From Synechococcales cyanobacterium VAR_4_metabat_354 (GTDB lineage Bacteria; Cyanobacteriota; Cyanobacteriia; Cyanobacteriales; Chamaesiphonaceae), in NCBI GenBank assembly GCA_031414775.1, contig JANOQI010000030.1, forward strand, positions 1-27,471: 27,471 nt of DNA, written 5' to 3'. The notes under the pieces are model-generated. The model saw nothing but the letters and a program-made list of their open reading frames with translations, had not been told where the DNA came from and ran no database searches. Numbering within the stretch: the stretch's first letter is position 1; each line of letters begins with the position of its first letter. Both the position numbers and the translations under genes were made by a program. Below, in pieces: positions 17,300 through 26,280 of the stretch.

Positions 17300-20200
17300 T
17301 CAAAAATCCTCGAAATCCTCTCCTGAAGAGGGTTCCCGTAACGAACGAAATTCTCCCTGCTGAATTAATTCAGGTAAAGCAAAGGAATACCGTCCCAGCA
17401 TATTTATATGCTTGTATCCCAAAGGTGAAAGCCGAGCCAGATCTTCCGGTTTTAGCTCCATACCAGTCGCCTTGAGTTTGGAGATGGCAGCATCCATGTA
17501 GAAAGTGTTCCACAGCACTATTATATTCACCACCAAGCCAAGTGCTCCTAATTGGTCTTCTTGACCCTCTCGATATTTTTTGTGAATCTCTCCACGTTTT
17601 CCATACAAAACAACTCTCGATAAACTGTGACGACCCTCACCACGATTAAGTTGAGTTAAAATACGGCGGCGATAAGTCTCATCATCCAAATAAGGCAGTA
17701 GATATAAGGTTTTAGCAATCCGTCCCAACTCCCCGATAGCTTTCGACAACGTAGTGGAACTACTCCCTCTTTGCAGAGAACGCACTAAATCCAACGCACT
17801 GACAATTCCTAATTTGAGGGAACCGGCTACTCGCAACATATCATCCCAGTTATTGTTAATCAGGGTCGTATTGACTTGATTTCTGGCAATACTATTGAAC
17901 GCCCCATAATCGGCAGTTGCATCAATTCGCCAATATCTTGTCTCTCCAATATCCGCCAGCCTCGGACTGAACTGATAACCCAACAACCAAAATAAACCAA
18001 ACACTACATCACTATAACCAGCAGTATCAGTCATGATTTCTTGTGGTTGCAAGCTAGTTTGCTGCTCCAATAATCCCGCTAGCAGAAACAGAGAGTCACG
18101 CAATGTCCCTGGAATCACAATCCCATGGAAACCAGTAAATTGGTCACTGGTAAAGTTGTAATAAGTAATGCCACGTCCCACCCCAAAGTATTTACTATTT
18201 GGTCCAGCATTGATCGTTCGCACCGGAACAGTAAAACGGATACCATCGGCTGAAGCAACCTCACCACCACCCCAAGTTTGTGCCAGTGAAATCTCTGATT
18301 GGGCAGCTACTAGCCTAGCATTGGCACGAATCAGCGTTTCCTGTCGGATATAATTTTGCTTCAACCAAGAGAGTCTGGCACGAGTCAATGCCGGAACATC
18401 TGGACAGACGAGTGGCTCCAGACCAATATTACAAGCTTCTGCCAATAAAACTGCACAGGTACTGATGTGTAAGTCTTCTATTCGAGCATTAGTTTGACTC
18501 AAGTGGGCAAATTCTGAGGCGAATCCAGTCCGGGCATTAATTTCTAGCAACACTTCTGGCAAATCAACACGGGGCAACATGGATGCAATTTGTTCCTTCA
18601 ATGCTTTGAGGGAATCAGATTCTGGTAATTTATCTAAGCCCGTCACAATCAGTGTGTCCTGGCCATTTTGTTGCTCGATGCGAACAGCAGCATTAGTGGG
18701 TAGATTCAATGCTGTTTGACGATAAGCCTTATCAAGTTGAGATCTTAATCCCACCAATTCAACGTCAAAAGTTGGTTCCAGCTCTAATGCCCGACATACA
18801 CCAGCTCTAGCTGCTTCCCAAGCTGCTCCTTGTAGAAGTTTGGCATGAGGGTCGCAGTAGCGGAGGCTGGGTTGTACGAAGGTGTCGCGGCGACGCAAGG
18901 CGGATCGGAGGCATTGCAAAACACAGAAAGTATACGCCTTTCGATCAATTTCTCCATCCGCGCCAATTACTAATTTCACCCAACTTTTATTGACCACAGC
19001 AATTGGAGCATCCTTCACTACTGGGTTCTTCTGCCCCTCAATCAAACGCAGAAATTGCCATGCTTCCAGAATCGGTTTAACAGCTTCTGTGCCCTTAAAT
19101 TCAATTGTATCCAGCAGTTTAGGTAAATATATTCGGATATGTCGCCAACGGGATAACATTTTTTCGTAGTACTTATCTTCAGGTGGGCGAACTAGCTCTT
19201 TGACCTTGGCTACAGCCGTTGTTAATTTTTCTGCGGAGACGATCTCAAACACTAATGAACGTACATCAACATCTTTGGTTGAAAGATCTAAGAGCACCTC
19301 ACTTGCTTCAGTAAGCCGTAATGCTGCTGCATCCAGGTCTTTCAGCGTCCGCAGTCGTTCCTTCTCCCCATCACTTTTAGACTTCGTCAATATTGAACCA
19401 ATCAGCAAATCAAACAAGTCTAAGACATCATCAGTCGCGGTAAATTCCAGCAGATAAACAAAAGCAAGCATTGTAGCTATTCTTCTACTTTCTGGCATTC
19501 GAGTAATGGATTGAGAACGAACAGCACCAGCAGAACGAGCTAAGACCTTCAAGCGATTGGGAGGGACTCGTGAAACATCTATTGTGCTAATCCCTAACGA
19601 ACGCACCTCTGCCAGACGATTTAGAGCTGCAACTAATACTGGCGCACTCACCCGATTTGGTGGATGTCGCAATCTATCCATGGGTGAGCTACGTTCTCCG
19701 TCCTTTACTACCAGCAACTCTTCCAGTTGTTTACGTTGAGTGGGATTAGGAAGTTGCGATAAAGCCTGAAATAACCGATGTGCAGCCCGTTCGCGAACGC
19801 TGGCAACCAATCTCACTAAGCTAGTCACACCAGGAAGCAGAATTTTCCTCTGTACCAACCTAGCAGTAGCAAGATCAAATAATAAACTGGGAGACTCCGT
19901 GCTTAGAGTTGCACGTTGATACAGCCAACGCACTAATCGCCAATGTTCTGGTTGAGAGTTAAAATCTTGGTAGCCATAACACTGCCGAATTAAAACAGTG
20001 TGCTCCCGTTTAGTCTTAGAGTTACGATATAGCGACAAATTTAACAACTTTCTAATCCCCAGTTGTTTTGCTAAGTAATTGATCACTACAGTTGGCACAT
20101 CGATTGGATTGCTTAAAAAAGTGCCTAGAAATCTTACTGTACATAGCTGAAGAGCTAAACCCAGTCGATTGTGATTGCCACGTCGTCCTCTAATTAACTG

Positions 20201-20311
20201 ATGGTCTGAATCATCTAAATGAAAGTACTTTTCCAGTTGTTCTAAGGATGGCTCTCCACCATAGCGTCCATAGCATTTTTCCTGTTCTGAAGTTAAAAAT
20301 TCAACTGGCAT
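17300..20311 (-). CDS. tnpA: Tn3-family transposase
   Basis: MPVEFLT start, NRLGLALQL, DDE motifs ASADG / MTDTAGY / LNRGE, ARLSPL; 1003 aa. Confidence 0.97.
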   Translation of the reverse strand: MPVEFLTSEQEKCYGRYGGEPSLEQLEKYFHLDDSDHQLIRGRRGNHNRLGLALQLCTVRFLGTFLSNPIDVPTVVINYLAKQLGIRKLLNLSLYRNSKTKREHTVLIRQCYGYQDFNSQPEHWRLVRWLYQRATLSTESPSLLFDLATARLVQRKILLPGVTSLVRLVASVRERAAHRLFQALSQLPNPTQRKQLEELLVVKDGERSSPMDRLRHPPNRVSAPVLVAALNRLAEVRSLGISTIDVSRVPPNRLKVLARSAGAVRSQSITRMPESRRIATMLAFVYLLEFTATDDVLDLFDLLIGSILTKSKSDGEKERLRTLKDLDAAALRLTEASEVLLDLSTKDVDVRSLVFEIVSAEKLTTAVAKVKELVRPPEDKYYEKMLSRWRHIRIYLPKLLDTIEFKGTEAVKPILEAWQFLRLIEGQKNPVVKDAPIAVVNKSWVKLVIGADGEIDRKAYTFCVLQCLRSALRRRDTFVQPSLRYCDPHAKLLQGAAWEAARAGVCRALELEPTFDVELVGLRSQLDKAYRQTALNLPTNAAVRIEQQNGQDTLIVTGLDKLPESDSLKALKEQIASMLPRVDLPEVLLEINARTGFASEFAHLSQTNARIEDLHISTCAVLLAEACNIGLEPLVCPDVPALTRARLSWLKQNYIRQETLIRANARLVAAQSEISLAQTWGGGEVASADGIRFTVPVRTINAGPNSKYFGVGRGITYYNFTSDQFTGFHGIVIPGTLRDSLFLLAGLLEQQTSLQPQEIMTDTAGYSDVVFGLFWLLGYQFSPRLADIGETRYWRIDATADYGAFNSIARNQVNTTLINNNWDDMLRVAGSLKLGIVSALDLVRSLQRGSSSTTLSKAIGELGRIAKTLYLLPYLDDETYRRRILTQLNRGEGRHSLSRVVLYGKRGEIHKKYREGQEDQLGALGLVVNIIVLWNTFYMDAAISKLKATGMELKPEDLARLSPLGYKHINMLGRYSFALPELIQQGEFRSLREPSSGEDFEDF

Positions 20312-20342
20312 GTTAGATATCCGGGGAGAAGATTTTTAGGAG

Positions 20343-20810
20343 TCAAACCTTTTCCCCTATTTGCTTATACGAAGTGCCACAGTATGGACAGAATTTAAAC
20401 TTCAGGGATAGAATCGTTTCTCGACAATCCACACAGCGATTACGAAGAGCCGTTGCACAAGCAAAGCAATACTTTGACCTCAGATCAGTCCACATCGGAT
20501 CTGGTGTTGTGCCTGGTGTCCAGCACTGGGGACAAAATTTGACGGCGCTCATGTTAGCGATCGGAATTTTTTTAACTACGGCATCCAAATAGTCTTGAGG
20601 TATCCCCAATGCTGCGGCTAGACCAGACTTAGCTTTTTGATTCAAGCGACTGGTCAGCCCGGTTTCAATCTTACGAATAGTTTGAATGTGTATTCCAGCT
20701 TTTAAACTCAGCTCTTTTTGAGTACTGGTGGATTCAGCCCGTAGTCTTTGAATATACTTAGCCAATGTCTCCTCAGCTTGGGGAGCCACATCTCGAATCG
20801 CACTTTGCAT
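20343..20810 (-). CDS. XRE-type HTH protein with a C-terminal double zinc ribbon
   Basis: TQKELSLKAGIHIQTIRKIETG HTH; CPQC, CFAC, CVDC and CPYC pairs. Confidence 0.85.
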   Translation of the reverse strand: MQSAIRDVAPQAEETLAKYIQRLRAESTSTQKELSLKAGIHIQTIRKIETGLTSRLNQKAKSGLAAALGIPQDYLDAVVKKIPIANMSAVKFCPQCWTPGTTPDPMWTDLRSKYCFACATALRNRCVDCRETILSLKFKFCPYCGTSYKQIGEKV

Positions 20811-20894
20811 AAAGTATATTCAAAAAGGTATGCTTTAATAATAAATTATTATTTGCTTCTTAAGTCAAGTAGTTTGAATCAGTGATACAAAATA

Positions 20895-21788
20895 ATGGTA
20901 ACGTTAGCTAGTTTGGCTACTGAATTTTTGGAACGTCCGGGACTAGCTGCAACCACGTTACGTTCCTATGAGTTCACCTTGATGCCTTTACTCAAAGAAT
21001 ATGGTCGCTGGTCAATAGATATTTTAGATCGACAATTGCTAGTTGAATATCTCAATCAAATAACAGATATTTCATATACCACTCATCATCGCCATCAAGC
21101 TATAGTTACTGCCTTATTTAACTTCGCTATTCAGCAGAATTATATCCAGTCTAATCCAATCTCTAATCTTAAACGCCGCAAGCCAAATCGTGTAGATGGG
21201 GAGCACGCTACCGATGAAAATGTTCGTTATCTTATCCCAGAGCAATTAAGGACTTTATATCAGGTTATCAAAAAAAATGCTCGAATGTCTGCTTTAGTGT
21301 ATTTGCTACATAGCAGTGGAGCAAGGATTTCTGAGATATTAGCTTTGGATTTATCAGAAATAAATATTGGTGTTCATAAATTCCAAGTCATTGGCAAAGG
21401 TAATAAAACTAGATGGTGTTTCTACAGTGAAGATGCCGCAGATAGTCTAAATTACTATATTAAACATATAAGGCATTCAGGTCATTCCGCACTGTTTACT
21501 GCTGAACAGCCATTTACTCAGTTACATTCTCGTCTTTCTTATAGAGCTGCCTATCAATCCTGGATTGAGCTTAAAAGTTCAGAAATTATATTGCAGGGAA
21601 TTCGCTTCCATGATTTACGACATACTTTTGCGACCGAAAGGGTTGGTCTGATGGGAATTGAAGAGCTAAGAGCATTAATGGGACATGAGAATATTCAAAC
21701 GACTTTAAAATACTCAAAAGTCACCTCACAACGTGCCGAACAAGTAGCACTGCTAGCTTTTGAACAGATGGCTGCTGATAAAGGATGA
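20895..21788 (+). CDS. Tyrosine recombinase (probable cointegrate resolvase)
   Basis: Catalytic set R (GARISE), K (GKGNK), HxxR (HDLRH), H (MGH), Y (LKYS). Confidence 0.93.
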   Translation: MVTLASLATEFLERPGLAATTLRSYEFTLMPLLKEYGRWSIDILDRQLLVEYLNQITDISYTTHHRHQAIVTALFNFAIQQNYIQSNPISNLKRRKPNRVDGEHATDENVRYLIPEQLRTLYQVIKKNARMSALVYLLHSSGARISEILALDLSEINIGVHKFQVIGKGNKTRWCFYSEDAADSLNYYIKHIRHSGHSALFTAEQPFTQLHSRLSYRAAYQSWIELKSSEIILQGIRFHDLRHTFATERVGLMGIEELRALMGHENIQTTLKYSKVTSQRAEQVALLAFEQMAADKG

Positions 21789-21969
21789 TTAGCTATTAAA
21801 ATATACTTTCAATTGCTAAAGGGTAAATATGTAGAGTATTGGTAGTACTATTTGTCAGCAAACTGCGGAATGGAAAATTGCTTGTCAGCTCAAGTTGTCT
21901 CTTGGAGAGGGTTTCAGGCGGTTCAAAAATCCTTAACCTACTTTTTCGTTCCATTGCTACTCAACCCCC

Positions 21970-22086
21970 AGTAGCGGCGGCGCTCCAAGCTCTGATTGTG
22001 TTTGGGTCGTGGAATTCTTTGCTTAGAGGGGTTGTAGTGATAGCTTTGTTCGTGCTGTTGAGACGCGGAAGTTTTGAGGTGATCAT
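21970..22086 (-). pseudogene. N-terminal fragment of a small gene interrupted by the transposon
   Basis: ATG 22086, MITSKLPRLNSTNKAITTTPLSKEFHDPNTIRAWSAAAT, runs into the IR. Starts 6 bp after the stop of the preceding gene. Confidence 0.4.
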
Positions 22087-22092
22087 ATTTGT

Positions 22093-22308
22093 TTATAGTT
22101 TGCAGTGGAAAGTAAAAATAGCTTCCGTGTATTCGGAGTGCAGAATGTATCTGTTGCTGCACAGAAACGTTAGCTCCTCGTCGGTGTAACCCCAGGCCAG
22201 CATCGTTTCTATGCTGTTGATAGGGCTTCGATTCGGGAGCTTTTCGAGCGCGAAGAATAGCTCTTTGATGCCTTCGGTCGTTAAGTCCAAAGATTTGCGA
22301 TTATTCAT
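22093..22308 (-). CDS. Hypothetical 71-aa protein
   Basis: AGGAG RBS, ATG 22308, MNNRKSLDL...FHCKL (3' part of track ORF 22093..22644). Confidence 0.6.
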   Translation of the reverse strand: MNNRKSLDLTTEGIKELFFALEKLPNRSPINSIETMLAWGYTDEELTFLCSNRYILHSEYTEAIFTFHCKL

Positions 22309-22439
22309 TGTTGGCTCCTGATTTTTTCTTCGTCGATGGTTAGACAGATGACCGCTACAAACAGCGTGATGATTATGATGATCGGCACTGCTACGATAAG
22401 GTCGGTGATTTCGTCGAGGGTTAATCGTTCTGATTTCAT
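22305..22439 (-). CDS. 44-aa single-TM membrane peptide
   Basis: AAGGA RBS; MKSERLTLDEITDLIVAVPIIIIITLFVAVICLTIDEEKIRSQQ; ATGA overlap with the next gene. Confidence 0.55.
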   Translation of the reverse strand: MKSERLTLDEITDLIVAVPIIIIITLFVAVICLTIDEEKIRSQQ

Positions 22440-22499
22440 TGGCTATTTCCTTGAAATGATTGGGCAAACGAAAACAGGGGCTGGGGTTTTCCGAGCCTT

Positions 22500-22829
22500 T
22501 CACTGTTCGATCGTGGATAGCTGGGCATGGAGTTCGGGGTTCGCCTCCGCCCAAGCCTTCAATTTCTTGCTGATAGCTAACTCGTGGGGAGTTGGTGGCT
22601 CCGGTTCCTTGTCGCCTTCTTGCTTGTACCAGCAGTCGTCGCAAAGCTCGAAGAAATCATCATCTTGGCCAAAGCAGTAAGCTCGTTTTTTCAAGCAGCC
22701 TTCGCAGGCAAAGGTTTGCTCCGGTTCACAATAATCACATTGACAGTCCATCGGGGGTTTGCCAATCTTGGCCAGGATAGATTGCCGGAAATTCCAAATC
22801 TGTGTGTTGAACATATTATCTTTGGCCAC
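22500..22829 (-). CDS. Small Cys-rich (Zn-finger-like) hypothetical protein, possibly 5'-truncated by the IS
   Basis: CQCDYC, CEGC and CDDC motifs; start lies 5 bp from the IS end. Confidence 0.55.
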   Translation of the reverse strand: MAKDNMFNTQIWNFRQSILAKIGKPPMDCQCDYCEPEQTFACEGCLKKRAYCFGQDDDFFELCDDCWYKQEGDKEPEPPTPHELAISKKLKAWAEANPELHAQLSTIEQ

Positions 22830-22834
22830 TTCTG

Positions 22835-24192
22835 CAATAGTCCGGACAGATTTATGGTGTCAAAGAACCGTACTGGAGAAGGCTGGCGTAGTTAGGATGG
22901 GATTTAATCCAAGTCAGGTCAAGGTCTAACATGGAAATAAATCGCTCAAGTAAATGATGATTGAGTGCTTGTCGCTTGTAGGTTGCCATGGAAAAAGACA
23001 ATGGTTCTGAATCATCCTCAGATTGTGCTGGTAGTTGGTCTAGCTTGGCGATGTTGAGCGCACAGAGGGATGTATTAAAATGAAAATCCAAGCTTGATTC
23101 TTGGCGTGATTGACAGTCGCACAGACCTGTAAACTGCTTGGCATCCCTGAAAATGAATTCTATCTGGAATCTTGCTTTGTAGTAGGAATACAAACTTTCA
23201 GGACTGATATTGATGTCTGTAGAAAAAAGTAACGCCACTCGTACTTTGTCTGAATTGCTAGTGTTGACTAGATAGACGATGCGGATTTGGCGTTTTAGCG
23301 AGATATGCCAAACAATTTGGCTGTAAAGGTAAACATCTTCATCGACTTCACCGATAAATTCCATCCGAGATAAATCATTCAAATATACCTTCCCATCGTA
23401 TTTTCGATGTGCTCCTCTAGGTTTTTGAATACCCATGTAGCAGTAACGCAGGTTAGCATCAATTCGTAGTTTACTGACCAACTGAAGTTCTAGTGCAACA
23501 ACGCCATCAACAACTGTTTTCTTACTATAGAAACTATCTGCTACCAAATATTTCACTGCATTGGAAAAGTATGGACGAGTCTTCTTAAGGTGCTCCAGAT
23601 AGCCCTGAACTCTTTTTGAGACCAGAGCTTCTGATTTAGTCTTTACCTGTTTTGAAGGCATCCTCTGAGTGAAAGCAGTCTGCTGTACTGATAGGGTGTA
23701 ACCTTGACAAGCATCTATATCTACCACTGAAATTACTGAAATCTCTAGTCCCTTTTCAGACTTGCCAGCACTACCATTATAAAAAGAATCTATTCCCCAA
23801 GTCGTCTTTCCACTCTTTTTCACAAAGGAGCAGTCAATGGCAGCGACTTGTTCTCGATTGGAGGGAATCGCCATGGCGATTGCTTCAGAGTTGAATTTGA
23901 TGAAATCAAAAGACTTCCGATACTGCCTCCCGTAGGTTCGCTCAGAATAATCACCATAACGACTAAGATTCGTGAAATTTGCTTTTCCACAGACCACGAA
24001 CAGCGTCACAAACAAGCTGGCTAAAAACTGTCGCTGGGGTTTGCTAAATGACCCGCTTTTGTAAGGAGGGTCTGTATAATATCGTTCATACGGCGATTCT
24101 TCTGGTACTTTGTTGATACTTGTACCTTACGCGATGAATCGCTTTTCGTCGATATTTGGTACTTTGTCGTTGTAAATCTGTCTGGACTATTG
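22835..24192 (-). mobile_element. Insertion sequence, DDE type (IS701/IS4-like), 1358 bp
   Basis: 20-bp terminal IRs CAATAGTCC(G/A)GACAGATTTA, 19/20 match, at 22835-22854 and 24173-24192. Confidence 0.9.
22852..24089 (-). pseudogene. DDE transposase with a -1 frameshift near codon 11
   Basis: IDCSFVKKSGK, VADSFY and YKARFQIEFIFRDAKQ motifs. N-terminus MNDIIQTLLTK (ATG 24089) joins SGSFSKPQRQFLASLFVTL only after a -1 shift at about 24057-24060. Confidence 0.8.
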
Positions 24193-24498
24193 GTTATACA
24201 AAGACTAAATAAACTGGTTGACGGACAAAAGTTTAGCAAGCCCAGTCTAAGTCATGAACAACAAACTGAATACGATAACTCAGATCTTGCATCATTATCG
24301 AAGCGGGTAGAGAATACCCTCTAGATAGAGAAGGTGCCCTCTTTTGCCCTGAAGGTTACGTTCGTGAGATGCAACCCCATCACAAAAGTCCAAATTGTTT
24401 TTATTACGACCTTTTTCATGTTTTTGTCTTTTTAGCAAGCCCTTTTGAGAATGGTGCAATATCTCAGATATCCCATGCTCATCAACATCAATCTTCTT

Positions 24499-25533
24499 TT
24501 ACTTCACCAAATTTTTGTAAGTCAAGGCGATCGCTTTAAACTTAGGCATATATCTTTCAGCTTGTTGATCACCAACCAAACCAGTCATCACTACATAGCC
24601 ACCCTGCTTCGAAAAAAGCATCACTTGGTAAATCTTGAGCGGAGTTTTAGTTTTTCGATCTAGAGCATCAGCCACTATTTCCCAACCCGATAAATTATCG
24701 ATTGTGATTGGTTGAGAAGATTTCATCGTGACGATATCAGCCTGGGGGTAGTTCGACAACCGCCGAGTAGCAAACATTTTTTCATCACCCACTGACACCT
24801 CACCCAACGATGGAGCAATCAGAAACAGCGGATCGGCAGGAGACCCGATCGGCATATTGCCATCCTTCGTAAAGACTGCTACTTTCCCAATACCAGTCAA
24901 TTTCTTCACTAGATTCATTCCCTTTACCGCTGTCACTGCAAAAGGTAGAGCCAAAACATTAGCAGAGATCGCCCGCTGGCTCGGGGTGACAGATAACACC
25001 ACTTTCTTCAGTGGCGCACTCAATTTAGCAGCATTTTCACTCAAGAACGTGGCCGTAACTATATTTGTTTTTTGATCATCACCAAACACCACAATCCATT
25101 TCAAAAATTTGCTACCAGCAGCAGACTGAGCAACATGTAAAAGAAATCCCGGCTGTTTTTGAATCTTAATCGTTTGCCGCGATAGTAAAGAGATCCCCCG
25201 GGTCGCCAAACCTTTTTGGTCAAAGCCCCTAGTAACCTCCTTAAATGATCCAGGAATTACAGTCATCATCACTGACGAGCTCGTCGAAGATTGCTGAAAT
25301 CCATGAAATGATGTGGCTTGCTCAAAACCAACCGGCTGCGGAAGGGCTAACTCTACCGCCGGGAAAACTACCAGCTGATCTTTTTTCGATAGCACCACCC
25401 GCGAACCAGATAGACCAGATCCAGACCGAACATTTCCAGACACAAGAGGCTTGGCCATACTCGGCGGAATATAATCAATGTATGCAGCACCCCACTGCAC
25501 CAATGTTATCAGTATAGCCAATTGATATTTCAT
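24499..25533 (-). CDS. Hypothetical exported protein
   Basis: 344-aa ORF with an N-terminal signal-like segment, 3 bp downstream of the SDR gene. Confidence 0.75.
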   Translation of the reverse strand: MKYQLAILITLVQWGAAYIDYIPPSMAKPLVSGNVRSGSGLSGSRVVLSKKDQLVVFPAVELALPQPVGFEQATSFHGFQQSSTSSSVMMTVIPGSFKEVTRGFDQKGLATRGISLLSRQTIKIQKQPGFLLHVAQSAAGSKFLKWIVVFGDDQKTNIVTATFLSENAAKLSAPLKKVVLSVTPSQRAISANVLALPFAVTAVKGMNLVKKLTGIGKVAVFTKDGNMPIGSPADPLFLIAPSLGEVSVGDEKMFATRRLSNYPQADIVTMKSSQPITIDNLSGWEIVADALDRKTKTPLKIYQVMLFSKQGGYVVMTGLVGDQQAERYMPKFKAIALTYKNLVK

Positions 25534-25536
25534 AAA

Positions 25537-26277
25537 TCACCAAGGTATTTTTTGACCATCCCAATTAAAAAATTCACCACTATCTGGTAGCGATAACTGA
25601 CCAATCACCGCTAACAATTGGCTAACCGTGCGTTGCACCGTAAACAACTTCTCCGGCGGCACATTCCGCTGAAAGGGCAATGACAGATTAGTATCGGTAG
25701 TGCCGGGGTGCAAAACCACCACAATCGTCTGCGGACAAGTCCGGCGGTATTCGATCGATACATTCTTCATCAGCATATTTAGAGCCGCCTTAGAAGCCCG
25801 ATAGCCATACCAGCCACCAAGTTGATTATCGCCAATACTCCCGACCTTGGCCGAAATACTGGCAAATATTGATCGATCGGATTGTTTAAACAAAGGCTGT
25901 AAATACTTTGCCCACAACACCGCACTGACACTATTCACCTGAAAATAGCGCAACACTTGCTCAGAATCAATTTGACGCAAACTCTTTTCCGGCTGCATCT
26001 CGCCATCATGCAGTAAGCCGACACAGTTAATTACATAAAGCAGATTATTAGCCTGAAGAACTTGCACCGCTTGGGCAATTTGTTCTTCGATTGTCACATC
26101 TACTGGCAAACAGCACAAACGAGCATCGTTAATTTTGAGCAATTCACAATCGGGGCGGCGGTAGGTAGCGTAGACTAAATCGGTGCGATTAGTAGCTAGC
26201 AACTGCCGCACAAACTCTAGACCAATACCTTGACCAGCCCCAATAATCAGCGTCGCGGTGGAAGTTGAAACCATCAA
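25537..26277 (-). CDS. Short-chain dehydrogenase/reductase (C-factor/CsgA-like subgroup)
   Basis: GAGQGIG, NCVG, SAKVGSIGDN, YRASK, LHPGTTDT. Confidence 0.92.
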   Translation of the reverse strand: MMVSTSTATLIIGAGQGIGLEFVRQLLATNRTDLVYATYRRPDCELLKINDARLCCLPVDVTIEEQIAQAVQVLQANNLLYVINCVGLLHDGEMQPEKSLRQIDSEQVLRYFQVNSVSAVLWAKYLQPLFKQSDRSIFASISAKVGSIGDNQLGGWYGYRASKAALNMLMKNVSIEYRRTCPQTIVVVLHPGTTDTNLSLPFQRNVPPEKLFTVQRTVSQLLAVIGQLSLPDSGEFFNWDGQKIPW

Positions 26278-26280
26278 ATC

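Larger units (their letters stand above)
17259..21968. mobile_element. Tn3-family transposon (~4.7 kb)
   Basis: Perfect 38-bp terminal IRs GGGGTTGAGTAGCAATGGAACGAAAAAGTAGGTTAAGG (17259-17296 and 21931-21968; the match extends 4 bp inward and 1 bp outward) enclosing tnpA, an HTH gene and a tyrosine recombinase. Confidence 0.95.

Noticed and set aside
18168..19739. Short ORFs within tnpA
   Set aside because: Antisense or alternate-frame shadows of the transposase.
20895..21788. Tyrosine recombinase as the integron integrase for the attC sites
   Set aside because: At 297 aa it shows no evident IntI-specific insertion before the HxxR motif, and it lies inside Tn3 IRs, which fits a resolvase role.
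21839..22189. 116-aa hydrophobic + strand ORF
   Set aside because: Crosses the transposon terminal IR, so it is a chance junction frame.
24103..24167. TGGTACTTTGT direct repeat (24103-24113, 24157-24167)
   Set aside because: Two copies inside the IS subterminal region; explained as part of the IS.
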